Assembly (NCBI GenBank): GCA_965649765.1
Contig: OZ287756.1
Coordinates: 31,868,001-31,932,000, forward strand
Length of the DNA: 64,000 bases
Direction: 5' to 3'
Origin: Bispira polyomma
Lineage: Eukaryota
Each line of letters starts with the position of its first letter. Within the stretch, counting starts at the first letter, position 1. The position numbers were made by a program, and so were the translations under genes. Under the pieces are notes generated by a model. The model was not told where the DNA came from, searched no databases, and saw only the letters and a list, made by a program, of their open reading frames with translations. Of the stretch, positions 1 to 13,781 are shown one piece after another.

Positions 1-1194
1 TTGTCTGATAGATTCCAATCGGTCAAAATTGGCACCATCTTGTCCGATCCTACATGGTTAAAATTTGGGGTTCCCCAGGGCTCAGTCCTGGGTCCTATTT
101 TGTTCTCAATGTATACCACCCCACTCAGCAAGATCATTGCTGCATACAAAAACATAAACTTTCACTTCTATGTGGATGATACCCAATTGTACATCCACCT
201 TACACCCGATTCTGCCCAGGCAGCTTTCACCTCCTTACAGAACTGCCTTGTCGATGTACAACACTGGATGGCAGCAAATAAACTCAAGCTGAACCCTGAT
301 AAGACCGAGTTTATTTTGTTTGGCTCCAAGTTGCAACGGGAAAAACTGTCCAGCTGTTTCCCAGTTGATATTCTTGACAGCAGGCTTTTCCCAGCTGACA
401 AAGTACGCAACCTGGGCGTGTTGTTTGACTCTGAATTCTCCTTCTCCAACCATGTTGCATCCGTGTGTAGATCATGTTTTGTTGGCCTCTGTGATTTCAG
501 GCGAATTAGACGTTATCTAACCAAATCCACTGCAATCACTGTTGCCAACGCCTTGGTCAGCAGTAGGCTTGATTACTGCAACTCTCTGTTCCGTTCCCTA
601 TCTTGTAGTGACCTCAAACGTCTTCAGAACGTTCAACACTCATTGGCTCGCATCGTGGCCAAAACTTCTGAATTTTCTCATATTACTAGTGTACTTAAGT
701 CACTCCACTGGCTCCCAATAAAATATCGTGTTGCTTTCAAAATTGCAACAATTATATACAAATTTCTAAATTCTGGATCACCCACCTATTTCAGCCCCCA
801 TCTATCCAAATATACATGCTCAGTCAGGACTAGGCGCAGTAACCCTGATATGTTATATCTTAACATTCCCACTTTCGCCCCTCGCATCCACAAATCCAAA
901 GTACATTTCAATCATTGCCTTGCTCATGATGGCCCCTTCATATGGAACAGCCTGCCTGATCATGTTCGCTTGGCTCAAACTTTCTCCTCTTTTAGGAGTA
1001 AACTGAAGGCCTACCTTTTCGAACAGGCCTTTCCACCTTAGCCATCGCAACCATCCCGGTAGTCTCTCTGGTTATGACCACCATCCGTCCCCCATTTCTG
1101 ATTTTTTGATTAATGCTTAGGTCAGTTGCGCCTTAGAATTTGTTGTACAAAAATTAAGCGCTATAAAAGTACGATTAGATTAGATTAGATTAGA
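1..1194 (+). mobile_element. 3' part of an L2/CR1-clade LINE: RT C-terminal ORF (1-1041), 3' UTR and (GATTA)n tail
   Basis: ORF contains GVPQGSVLGP, YVDDTQLY (YADD variant), LKLNPDKTE, SRLDYCNS, LHWLPI. Terminal stem-loop GCGCCTTAGAATT...AATTAAGCGC is followed by (GATTA)4 at 1173-1192. Confidence 0.95.
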
Positions 1195-1875
1195 CTTTAA
1201 AATCGGGCCCATTTTGCTGATCAAACTTGAATGTGGAACCCCCCTTTAAGTACCTCAACTTACCTAAAGGTTACCTTAGCTTAAGGTTGCATACCCTGGA
1301 GGTGGAGTATCAGATCACCTGACCTTATGGCTACCTTAGCTTAAGTTTACTTTAAGGTTACCTCACACTAAGTTTAATTCAAGTTAGTTTTTTTGCTTAC
1401 GTTGCTAAGGCTTCTGTAAAATGTATTAGTAATAATCTATTCTAATCTAAAGTATATTATGTATATAAAACAGTGCCAAACCTAATGTATCTTTTTATTT
1501 GCTGTAAGTTGTACAGATATGTTGGTTTGGGCATTATGGCTTTGTAAATCCGGGCTTTTGAGAACCCTGGGACCAGGGCAATCAGTTCTAACTGATGTAT
1601 TATAAACATCCCTTTCACCCTGTATGTGAGTTGGGCTTTATTTGTTATGGACTAAATCTTTAATTTTATAGAAATTATATAGCTGGAAAAATTGCTAGAT
1701 ACCCTATAATGGTTTGGGTTCTAGGATCCTGCTGGACAAAGTACTATGAACAATAATACAGAATAAGAAGCCTGTATTTTTCAATTGGAAAAAAGGCTGT
1801 GGAAAGCCTGAACTTTGATTGATATGCTGCTGTTGTCCTTGGGCGAAACCCAGATACTAAATGTATTAGTACTAA

Positions 1876-2210
1876 GGTCTCTGTGGCCTAATGGTTACAG
1901 TGTCAGACTTTGGATCTCAAGAATCTTGAGAGCCCAGGTTCAATCCTCGCTGCAGGCTTGGAGATTGTACCCTTGGACAAGGTGCTTTACACAAACTTGT
2001 CCCTCTCTACCCAGGTGTATAAATAGGTACCTGGCCGCTAATGGGTGTTAGTTTGAAGTTCTGTATGTGGCAGCTCGGCTGAGGGAGCTGAGACTGTACA
2101 ATGGTTGACAAGTTGATGAACTCAGGCTGGGGTAATAATGTCATAAGCGCATTAGTTAACAGTGATGTTGATAATGCGCTATATCAAATGAATAATAATT
2201 AATATTATTA
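1876..2210 (+). mobile_element. tRNA-derived SINE with CORE-like central domain and L2-type tail
   Basis: A box TGGCCTAATGG and B box GGTTCAATCC. CORE-like segment CCTTGGACAAGGTGCTTTAC...CCCAGGTGTATAAATAGGTACC. Tail stem AGCGCATTA...TAATGCGCT, then ATATCAAATG and an AAT-rich end. Confidence 0.8.
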
Positions 2211-2920
2211 CATGTGTGTTGACCCCTTGGAATTATCTAGGGTTACCTACAATGGTAAATATTATTTGTCGTGATAATGAAAAGTTTTTAAGAAATGCTC
2301 TTTTAGCATTGTTGATATTATGATAATGAGACCACAGTGATAAATAGTCTGTAAACACATTGCTGTTACCACTAACATATTTAATTATTATAAGCTGTGT
2401 TAGCCTGCTGAACCCACTGAAGCTTTATGCGCTATTCAATTCACAGGTGTTACTGGGGATAAAACTAATTGAACTAATTAAGTGGGATAGATCGCCTTAA
2501 GGGACGAATACACATGTCCGATTTTACCTCATCAGACGTCCATTTCCGTCATCATAAAAAATCAAAATATAAAAAAATAGAGAAATCGAATGCCCATTCT
2601 CACCTTGTCAAACTAACAGAATTTGCCCCAGTTGTGACCTCTCTATGGTGGCTTTTGCTGCCATTTTTGTGTTACTTGAGCCTAATGCACGTTTTAAACA
2701 AACAACTCAGCAAGCCTCTTTATAAGTTTACAGCACAGTCAAATAGTTTATGTTGTTTACATGATTGAGATTCTTAAAGATCGCCCACTAAGCTGAGCAA
2801 GTTTAGTTAGTAGAGTTAATGTGGCAATAGTAGTATAAGATGTGAGGTCTTCGTGGAGGAGAGGCATGTTATATCTGTGTATATCAGTGCAATAAACAAT
2901 CAGGCTTCTGGGTTTTCTCT

Positions 2921-2992
2921 TTAGCTCGACTGTTAATGTACTGAATTCTTAAAATCTACAGAGCTCCGGTTCGAATCCCAGCCCCGGCAAGT
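2921..2992 (+). mobile_element. isolated tRNA-like SINE head fragment
   Basis: TAGCTCGACTG (A-box-like) and GGTTCGAATCC (B box); no complete cloverleaf. Confidence 0.4.
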
Positions 2993-3094
2993 TATTTCAG
3001 TCTTTTACAATACCGAATGCTACGTCTATTAGAAATATTCAAATTGCTACTGACTATCTCATAACTATTTGTTTTGTTAATGCCTATAATGGTC

Positions 3095-4264
3095 TTGTAT
3101 GAAATACTTTAACAGTCCATGTCTTATTACTGATGGACATGTACCTGATGGTTTCAAAACTGCTGTGGTTTCTCCTGTCATCCAGCTGATGATCTAAAGA
3201 ACTATCGCCCTGTATCTGGTTTCATATCAAAACTGGTTGAACATGTGGTTGCTAAGCAACTGTTAGAACATATACATGTCCATGATTTAGACAACACATA
3301 CCAGTCTGCATATAAAAAAGGTCATTCAACTGAGACAGCTTTTCTGACCATAAAAAAAATTAAGTTCACTTATCCTTGTCAAGAGGCGAACCTTCTGCCT
3401 TCATATTGATCATTCCACTCTTCTCAGTTGTCTTCAGACTTGGTTTGGAGTTGGGAGCTCTCTCTAAATTGTTCACCTCCTACTTAACTGCTATCAGTCA
3501 ATACAACTTGGCTCTACTTTGTCTGATCTTTGTAAACTCTTGTTTGGTCTTCCCCAAAGTTCTGTTCTGGGCCCTTTGTTGTTTTCATTACACTACTCCT
3601 CTCAGTTGAGTGATTAGGAAATACAAAAGTATTAAGTTTCATTTTTACGTTAACAACACCCAAGTTTATGTGCACTTATCCCAGAAGAATAAATCTGCTG
3701 CCTTTAAACAGTTGAATAGGTGCCTTGATGATGTAAAAGCGTGGATGTCAACTAGCATGTTTCCCAATTGACATCCTGACCAGCTGATTCAGTCAAGAAC
3801 CTGGGCCTGTGGTTCAACTCTGACTTTTGCTTGTCTCAACATGTTCAGAGTGTCTGCAAAAGTTGTTTTGTGCAAACCCAGGGCTTCAGACATCAGGCAG
3901 TTTCTTACTCATGATGCTTCTATACTTGTGGCCAATGCTCTTGTCAGTAGTAGGTTGGATTACTGTAATTCCCTTTTCAGGAGTTTCTCCAAGTTCAATC
4001 TACGCAAATTACAATGTATCCAACACAGTGCAGTTAGAATTGTGTCAAACACCAGTCGATACATCAGTATAACTCCTGTTCTTAAGAAATTGCATTGGCT
4101 TCCTGTTGAACATCGCTTAGTGTTTTTAATCATCCCCTGGCGTTCTCTGTGGTGCATGACCTTTTTTTCCTCAATACTGAAAATTGGTTGACTGACTTGG
4201 TGCTGTTGTGCCTTAGTAAAGGGGAGATTAAGCGCTATAGAAGTTCAATAAGAATTAGAATTAC
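3095..4264 (+). mobile_element. degenerate L2-clade LINE RT remnant
   Basis: Frameshifted motifs KNYRPVS, YQSAYKKGHSTETA, ANALVSSRLDYCNSLF, LKKLHWLPV. 3' end GTGCCTTAG...TTAAGCGCTATAGAAG with an (AATTAG)-type tail. Confidence 0.9.
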
Positions 4265-6454
4265 AAATGTGGTATGTCGTCCAATGAGTAATCTTCATAC
4301 TGGCGTAAACATCTATCCACCTAATCCTGGATAACTATAAGTCCATAGCTTCTGTGCTGATGTATGGGGCTGAAAATGTGACTCCTTTGCTGCCTTTTAG
4401 ACTTGCTAGGATTAGGTGACTGAATTTAACTTTCGTTCCCCCATGGCATTTCTTGTCTGCTCAACCTCTGTTCTAACTGCTCAAATTTGTCCATCATCCA
4501 GTTTGTGACTGGTCCTGCTGCATTTGCGACTCATCCGCGCCACCCCCAGCCACTCCCATCTGTGTATTTCTCCAGCTGTGAGCTGTTGTCGAGTTTATCC
4601 CTTGCGCCCCTGTGGTGTATTCCTCTGTTTCAAAAAAGGGTTAGTGTTACCTACTCTCTCTTTTTATTCAAAGTCGTCCATATTAACACAGCACCTTTCT
4701 CTGCTGATACTGTTATAAATTTAGGTCACATGCTGCGTAAAAGGCAGCTCATGGAAACACTTTTAAAAGTTGTGTATGTTTGTTTTACTTTCATATATAA
4801 TATTCTTGAAAAATAATAGTAATAGTGTAAATGTAGTGTCTATAAAAGTTGTTTCATCTAAATTGTCATACGTAAACTTACTTAAAGGCACATAACTGTT
4901 ATTATCAAAGCTTCTTATTCATGGCATCCAATATTTGTAATTGAAATGTAAATTATCAGTCTGAAGAGAAATGTGTGGTAATTTTTTAATATTAATTTAA
5001 AATCTGAGCGCTGTAGAACTGTATTTATACTCACAGAGTACATTTTACTAAAAATGCAATCTTTTTGGCATTTATTTTTTAGAATACATTAGCTGACATT
5101 AAATTGTGCACATGGCACTGCAAAAAAATTGAAATAGTCAGTTTATCAAGACAGTAAGTCTATAAATTGAGTTAAATAAGTCGATTTATAGAGATAGTCA
5201 GTTGACAAATAGAAACAAGATCTAAATGTCTGAACAGCATATCGTCAGCTTCCTTCTCATCAATGACTTTGAACTTTACCACTAATATTATGAAGTCATA
5301 CAGAAATACCCTAGTCAGTTCAATGACAAGTAATACCTTTTGAGATATGACACAAAATACTGGAAATTTACCTTTATGACCCTAACTTGACATTTAATTC
5401 AAGTTTAGAGATAAGATAATGAGATTGAAATCTTAGACTGTTTCCTAGATATTCAAGATATTTTGGCAATTCAAGATAGTCACCAAAATCAAAAATATTT
5501 TAAAAAGTTGGTATACACTCTAGATAAGATGCCCTTTGGGCCAAAAATTAGGTCAAAATAGCACCGTTCTGAGATAACCTTCATAGTCATAAAATTTCGT
5601 AAATAATTGTACAAAAATCTCACACTTTTCCAAGATTATGCCAAACTTGTCTGCATGTCTTCATCGATTTGAATCAATAAGCATGAGGGCTAGTTTCTAA
5701 TTTAATAAGCAATCTGTTAATAAAGATTGTTTTGATTTGAATCTGATTTCAGTGCATTTGTGAATATAAAATAATATTGCAAGGACAAATAAAATTTAGT
5801 CAGTGATATCCATTTCTTGTTATATACATCTAACAGTTGTTCAGTCAATTGTACGTCATCTTTAAACAGTAGCTGTGATAGCGTGTATCAACTAATAATG
5901 CAATGTTGTATTACACATCACTTATGAACAATCACCTAGTAACTTTTTCCTCTTATAGTAAAACTATAAAATTCAGACTATCAGCATGAACCTTTAACAT
6001 TGATTAGCTGTTACCTTACTGCTAATTGCCTTGAAAACAATTAAAAACACAACGGGTACATCTACATAAATACTATACGTATATTAATTTAATTTTGAAG
6101 GTAATCTGTGGTGTAACTAAATTTTTATGATATCTTTTTATCTACAAAATATAGGTTTTCTTCTTTGAAATCACAGCGTCTCAGTGTGCAATAATGATCT
6201 GGTTATATTTATATTAAATATGTAATTTTGGACTTAACAAATTACTATTATCAAATATTATTTCCATACGTTTTGTATCTAAACTGTGTATAAAAAAACC
6301 TAGGAATGTTTTAAGTTGTCCTATCTGTTGAAATAATGCATCATATCTACAAGAACTATATATCTCCAGATCACTAAAGAACAGTTGCAGAGTCAGGTTG
6401 AACAAAATTGGACCTAATTTTTCACATTGGACTCATATTCCACACTAGTTCCAT

Positions 6455-6678
6455 CTATAGAAAATATACAATGCATACATATTTCACACCATACTCACTG
6501 CAAAAAAAATGCTCACATATTCCACAATGTCCCAAGTACACAAAATGCACAATGCACACATATTCCACAACATACTAACTGCAGAAAATGCATAATGCAC
6601 ATATATTGCAAAATGTCCCAACTACAGAAAATACACAATGCACACATATTGCACCATGCCTAAGCAGCAGAAAATGCA
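6455..6678. repeat. 43-bp minisatellite (~5 copies), paralogous to 28620-28970
   Basis: Unit ~AAAATGCACAATGCACACATATTCCACAATGTCCCAACTACAG. Confidence 0.85.
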
Positions 6679-6959
6679 ATCAGTTTTAGGGAAACTTCAT
6701 GTAAAATTTTATTAGGACATTAAACATTCTAACAGATACTAAAAAAATGATCATTACAACCGGTTTTTTAATATATCATGAATATAATTTGGTATACAAG
6801 TGCTCCTCTTATAGCCATTAGCTTTATGCTCCAATCCCACTGAATTTGTACAATATTTGTTTTCTACAACAATATTTGTTTTCTTCCATCAAATCAGGTG
6901 GCATAATGGAGGTCTCCCATTTGTGGGTCATGGTGTTCTGGTTATATATATATATATTA

Positions 6960-8979
6960 CAGTGATTATGCATAATCAGGGAATACGGGTATTCACTGTT
7001 TTGGTCAGGGAATACGCGTATTCCCTAAAATTTCCAGGGAATACACATATTCCCTGATATTCCCTGATATTATTAGGTAAATTTAATGTAACAATATGCA
7101 CATGAAATTTTTTTTACATAAAATTAATGTTAAAATATGCACATGATAAAGGTCATAGATTCTTTTAATGAAATGAATTAATTTATGTGTATGAGGGATT
7201 ATACATTTACTGTATTAATATAAATAGAATAAATATTTTTCAAAAATTTAAGTTACAAACCTCATTGGCTTTCCATATGTTAAACTAGAAATCATTTTTA
7301 ACTATTTCTTCAATGTATCAAAATAAGCTGATCTCTCTCATATCATTAAATGATACCTTCTAATCAAGAAATTAACATAAAGATAAAAATAATATTATTT
7401 TAATGCACAGGTAACTCTCAGAATTATAAAGCTGATAGGATTACTTGAATTTGTAAAGTTGATTATTTGAAGTATGAAGCAAAGTATTTGGATGCAATAG
7501 ACTTTTTTCAGATGTACACTTAATTGTAATGGCCTCTCACCTAAATGTTATTTCTGAGATGTGTTTTTTTTTTCATTCAAAGAAACATCAAATACCATTT
7601 AATGTATAAGGATAAATTTTAAAACGCAATTAATCAATTGCAATTTTATGAAGCCCCAACATATTTTGGTTGACATATAAGCCGAAGTGTTTCAGTTATA
7701 TTCATTCCTGATTTAATAATCAGTACCATGGATAGGTCAATTAAAAATCAATTTAAAGAAAAATTTTAAAAAAGGAAGAAAATTGCTAGCTAACCTCCAA
7801 ATTTAAAAACAAGACATGAATACTACCTTTTGACAAAGTAAGTATCTTCTTAACTAGATTACAAAAGTAAAGTTCATATTTAAGATTTACATTTGCTTTT
7901 AAAAATTTCTACTTTTATTTAAAATGTTACATCTCTGTAGATTATGTTTAAATCTGTTTTAAAGGTTTGAATTTGTACAAATTAATCAAATTTCAGATAT
8001 TGTAAAATAATGTTTGACGTTACGATCACTTTTGTATAATTTAAATATTTTTTCTGACTTTTTTTAACTGAGCATAGAATTGAAACTGTATTTTACTTTA
8101 GATAGGAACTATAATATATATATATTTGTTGGTTCAAAGTTGTTTCAATAACGTTTCAAACATTCAAATAACTTTGTTAAACTTAATTTAGGAAATATGT
8201 GTATTTCCTGACGCTCAAATTCTGGGAATACCTGTATTCCCTAAAATTTCCATAACGTTTAATTTTAGGAAATTTTTTAGGAAATTTTAGGGAATTTTTT
8301 TAACTGAGCATAGAATTGAAACTGTATTTTACTTTAGATATGAACTATAATATATATATATTTGTTGGTTCAAAGTTGTTTCAATAACGTTTCAAACATT
8401 CAAATAACTTTGTTAAACTTAATTTAGGAAATATGTGTATTTCCTGACGCTCAAATTCTGGGAATACCTGTATTCCCTAAAATTTCCATAACGTTTAATT
8501 TTAGGAAATTTTTTAGGAAATTTTAGGGAATTTTTTTAACTGAGCATAGAATTGAAACTGTATTTTACTTTAGATATGAACTATAATATATATATATTTG
8601 TTGGTTCAAAGTTGTTTCAATAACGTTTCAAACATTCAAATAACTTTGTTAAACTTAATTTAGGAAATATGTGTATTTCCTGACGCTCAAATTCAGGGAA
8701 TACCTGTATTCCCTAAAATTTCCATAACGTTTAATTTTAGGAAATTTTTTAGGAAATTTTAGGGAATTTTTTTAACTGAGCATAGAATTGAAACTGTATT
8801 TTACTTTAGATATGAACTATAATATATATATATTTGTTGGTTCAAAGTTGTTTCAATAACGTTTCAAACATTCAAATAACTTTGTTAAACTTAATTTAGG
8901 AAATATGTGTATTTCCTGACGCTCAAATTCAGGGAATACCTGTATTCCCTAAAATTTCCTTGATTACACATATCCACTG
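6960..8979. mobile_element. non-autonomous TIR DNA element inserted in a (TA)n tract (Tc1/mariner-like ends)
   Basis: Left end CAGTGATTATGCATAATCAGGGAA; right end reverse complement CAGTGGATATGTGTAATCAAGGAA. TA on both flanks. Absent from the paralogous segment near 29150-29255. Confidence 0.75.
8059..8958. repeat. 236-bp tandem repeat, ~3.8 near-identical copies
   Basis: AACTGAGCATAG recurs at 8066, 8302, 8538 and 8774 (period 236). Confidence 0.97.
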
Positions 8980-11899
8980 TAACATATATATATATATATA
9001 GTTTCTCACTCGTAAGATTATTTTATATGTCACTTCAAACTGCCTGCTCGGCACAAAGTAAAGCAAGAGGTGAAAAAATAAATCCTTTCTCTAACTTTTG
9101 TATCTAAAACTGTGAGTATTATATTCTATAAATGTTTTAGTTTTCCTACCTGTTGAAAAAATGCATAATATCCTGTAAATATTTAAATAATAATATGTCC
9201 TCATTTTGTCTGTTCAAAACACATGTAAAGTTTGAAGCTAATATATCATGTATTACCACTGTAAATATAACTGTGAGTGTGTACAAAAACAAACACAAAT
9301 AAACTCATATATTTGTGTATGATTTATATTTCTGTAGGTAAAAGTTTTAAACTTCCTGCTTAACATAATACCCATTTATTCTCTGCAATCGAACATGACA
9401 CAAAATTGATTAATCTTCCTGCCCTAAATAATAACTTCTTCTATCTGAGTAACACTTAAAAGGTGTGTGCAGAACTAAAAACCATATTTCTAATTCTCCT
9501 GTACAGTTTTATTATCTTCACATCGTATTTGTGTTGATCTGGCCAGGGTCGTTTTAATATGGTATTTTTATCGGCTTTTAGGTGCCAATATACCTGTTCG
9601 ATTTCGCTTTTCGATTCAAAAATATTATTTCACCTTACCGTCCGTCATGGGAAAAAAAATTGGTCTTGGACCGATTTTGAACAATCAGCTCCCGATTAAG
9701 AGGTGGCCTCGATCAGGTGTATCCTACTTCTCTGTTTTGTTAGATTCTTAATTTTTCAGATGACGGAAACAGACGTTGGATGATGGATTTGGAAGTAACA
9801 TCGGACAAGTATATGCTCCTATTTAGCCAATTTTATTCTGTTGAATGTCCTTACTGATTTTCTATTGAAAAAGTATTTTTACATGCTTTTAGTTCTGGCA
9901 ATGATTTTTATCAGAGATGGCTGTAACAATTTGTTTTACACAAAAATATCTCTTGCTAGTTTGTGATATCAAATAAAGTTTTAGTTTTGATGCAACATAT
10001 GTATATGCAACACATTCTTGCATAGTAGTGACAGGAAGAATGGTAAATCACACATATTACCACTGATCACATATAAATGTTCATTTGGGACATTTATTCT
10101 TATTAAAATTAACAATGTTTGTATGGCACCCGAAAGTGAGCATGTAGCAATATGGCATTTATTCACCTCACTGGAGTCAAACGAGTGAGTAAGAATATAA
10201 TTTATTCCTGTTGTTTATACAGCTTCTTGAAGTCCAATTTCAATATGGTGAAATTAATAGATGTAGGTTTGGGTAGTAGAGCTGGAACAAAAAAATAAAG
10301 ATACTTTAAGTTAAGGTCAAGTTTGTGTATATAAAGGGAAATGGGATATCATGAAATATCAGTCAGTTGTAAAAGAGGAATTGAAGGAATAGACGACTTC
10401 ATGAAATTAGAAGCAATGTATTATTTTATTACTACAATGACACTCATGGGTTATTTTTACAGTTATGTCTCTAAGTTTTATGCAGACCGAATATATTTAC
10501 TGGCTAAAATATGTGATTCTTTATAATTAAAAAGTACAGCATATATTTCCTTCAAACATTACATTGGCAGTCTGCAACAATGTACAATGAATTGTAGCTA
10601 TCTAACTTGAATTGCAACATTTTCTTTAATAGGCCCAAAAGGAACCTAGCCTTTCATTTTGTGCTGGTGATTATATTTGTTTCTGCAGTTTTATAGAAAT
10701 AATTTATGCGTTTTATCTGCATTTTATATATGCCTTTGATGTAGCAACTAAAACTGTAACTGTAACTTTTAAAATGAGAAAACAAATTTCTGCGTTGTGG
10801 CAAAAGGCTACGCATAAAATTGTAATGCACTCCTCCATAATCACAAGGCAATGTGAGTCATAACCTTATATATATAGATTTCCCTTGGAGCTGGGTAATC
10901 AGCCTCAAACTGCATGTGCATACCATGCATGTGAAAATGAACACAAATTCATCCAGCACTAAATTCTGACAATATTCAATACAAATCCAAGATCTTCAGC
11001 GATCTTCATGAATTGTGATTAATATTTAGAACAAGAAAGAATAGTCAAAGCTTTGAAAGCAATCCTTTAGTAATATATCTGATACCAAATAGCAAGACAC
11101 TAAATGTTATAACAAGCTGTTAAAACTATATTTATTCTTACAATAATTACAAGATTCAGGTAAATAGGATAGTCTGTTGTTGCTCTTCAGAAAATGCCTC
11201 GTATAAATCAGGCACATTAAAAATGCATAATACAATGCAATATGTTTCAACAATATTGTCAATTCTTCTAAATAATATGCACAAAATAAGAAGAAACAAT
11301 ACAAGAACAACTATAAGTGTAGCTGTTACAATTCTATAGAGCTCTAGTGCAATTAAACAAACAAGTTTATATGTATTGCTTACATAAAGCATTGGTTAAT
11401 TTAGTATATATTTAACGTAAGGTACAAGTCAATGAATTTTTTACATTACCAAAGTAAGTTAACCAAGGCACACAGTCTTGTTCTCACATTCTCAGATTAA
11501 TTATTTTCATATGATTAATATCAAATAATTTCTGTATTTCACATATACAGTTTGTATCACTTTATAATGGGGGATGAAAGCATGACATCTTCACCGATCT
11601 GAAACATTGTTAAAAGGGATTTTGTTGATCATATTATGCTTAAAATATTATTTGGCAGCTTCCTAATACCATTCATGATATAATTAATAGTTCAGGGTGA
11701 CTGTTGATCAAAATATATAGTGATTTTATTTACTGTCACAATAAAAATTCTGCTATCAGAATAAATTAGATTAACTGTTCAATGGCAGAAGCTCCTTACA
11801 TCCGAATATTTAAACTAACATTTTCTACTTGAAAATACATATTGTCACAGTTGCTAACTATGAAACATGCATTTATCAATTGTCGCAAAAATACTATAG

Positions 11900-12846
11900 C
11901 TTAGGGTCGGTTCTCAGCCCTCTACTTTTTACCCTCTACACTTATCCTCTCAGTGCAGTCATCAATAATCACAATGTTAAACATCACATGTATGCTGATG
12001 ACACTCAAATCTATCTCTCTCTTAACCCTCATAATGCCGGAAACAACCTGGATTTATTTGTCGACTGTCTCTCCTCAGTTCAGGCCTGGATAAAATACTC
12101 CAAACTGAAATTGAACCCAGATAAAACTAAATTCATCCTAATTGGCAACAACAAACACAGTGAATACTTAAGATCACTTTTCCCACTCACACTACTGAGA
12201 GATGAGATTCAACCTTCAGACCAGGTAAAAAGCTTAGGTGTCACTATTGATCCCTGCTTTTTCATTTCTTTCTCACATTAACAACATCCGCTGCTCCTGT
12301 TGCTATCACATTCAGGACCTCAAGAATCAGAAATTATGTGTCATTAGATACTGCTATCACTGTGGCCAACGCTCTTGTAAGTGGCTGCCTTGACTACCTT
12401 TCCTGTGTGGAGCTAATAAGTCACACATGAACAAGTTACAGTCCATTAAAAACTATGTAGAGTCATCTTTTGTTTGGAAATCCATACTGATGTCACTCCA
12501 TACCTCAAGAAACTCGATTGGCTTACGGTTCACCATCGAATCCTGTTTAAAATGCACGTAACCACCTTTAGAGCTTTTGACTCTCAACTGCGTCACTACT
12601 TCGCTACAGCCTTCCAGTTGAGCTTTGACTGCTTGAAACACTTTCTGGATTTAGGAGATTGCTTAAAACCTATCTCTTCAGGCTCGCCTATCTGCCATAG
12701 TCGTCTCCTTGGGCGCTGACGCATCCATCCTTACAACCTGGCTATGTTTTTTTAATTTTTCTATTGGCTTATTGATTCTGATGTTTCACCTTAGGAGATG
12801 CCTAGCATCAATAAGGTGCATTAAAAATGTACAATACAATACAATA
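11900..12846 (+). mobile_element. 5'-truncated degenerate L2-clade LINE
   Basis: GSVLSPLLFTLY, HHMYADDTQIY, LKLNPDKT; later part frameshifted; (TACAA)n tail at 12830-12846. Confidence 0.92.
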
Positions 12847-12924
12847 ACTAAGAATAGATACATTCAACTATAAAATACAACAATGAACTATGATAACAAA
12901 TACAGTGAACTATAAAACAATATA

Positions 12925-13250
12925 ACAAACACTGTGGTAACTAATATAGGTTACATTCAGCTATAAAATAATACAAGAAACTGTGGTAACTAGTATAGGT
13001 TACATTTAACTCTAAAGTAATACAACAACCCGTTATAACTAATATGGGTTACATTCAACATTAATAATAAACAACAAACTGTGATAACCATTATAGGTTA
13101 CATTCAACCTTAAAAATAATACAACAACCTGTTATACCTAATTACAGGTTAATAATTACAAACTGTGATAACTAATACAGGTTACATTTAATTATAAAAT
13201 AATACAACAAACTGAGTTAACTATTACAGGTTACATTCAACTATATTACA
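12925..13250. repeat. 49-bp minisatellite just downstream of the receptor stop codon
   Basis: GGTTACATT recurs at 12949, 12998, 13047 and onward (period ~49). Confidence 0.85.
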
Positions 13251-13482
13251 ATAAACTGACATACATGTTTACTCCCACATTTTAAAAAGTTCAAAATGTA
13301 CAGATTTAGGTTTACAAAGTGCAAACACTCTTTGTGCCTTACGCCTTACAACAATCAAAATAAATGTCTGATTAATAAAAAAAATTTGAGTAATAACTAA
13401 TCAGAGCAGGCATATAGCTACACAGCAAGTAAATTTTTTTAATCAATGCAGTTGTGTTTTACGACATATTTTAACATTAAGC

Positions 13483-13781
13483 TCACATATTCAGTGGGGT
13501 GTGTATTTTGTCAGAAATATTATCAATGCTACCAATTTGTTGGTAGTTAGACTTGTCTTCGTTGTTCTTTACTTCTGCTACATCATGTACATCATCATAC
13601 ACATCCAGCCCATTTGTCCGATGCATTGTGGTCATATTTTGATCATCTACCACAGGGGCATTCTGAGAACTCTTGAGTTTGATCACAATCACCACTGTGA
13701 TGGCAATCATCAAACCCAAAGCCAGCACTGTGCTCACAGCTCCTGCAATAATGGGTGTGCTTGATGGTGTGTCTTCTTTTT
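13483..13781 (-). CDS. terminal exon: transmembrane helix and cytoplasmic tail
   Basis: Acceptor TTTCATCAG, phase 1. EKEDTPSSTP-IIAGAVSTVLALGLMIAITVVIVI-KLK...VYDDV...SNYQQI...stop. Confidence 0.88.

Noticed and set aside
168-1050. Short antisense and alternative-frame ORFs over the LINE RT
   Set aside because: Shadow ORFs of the RT coding sequence.
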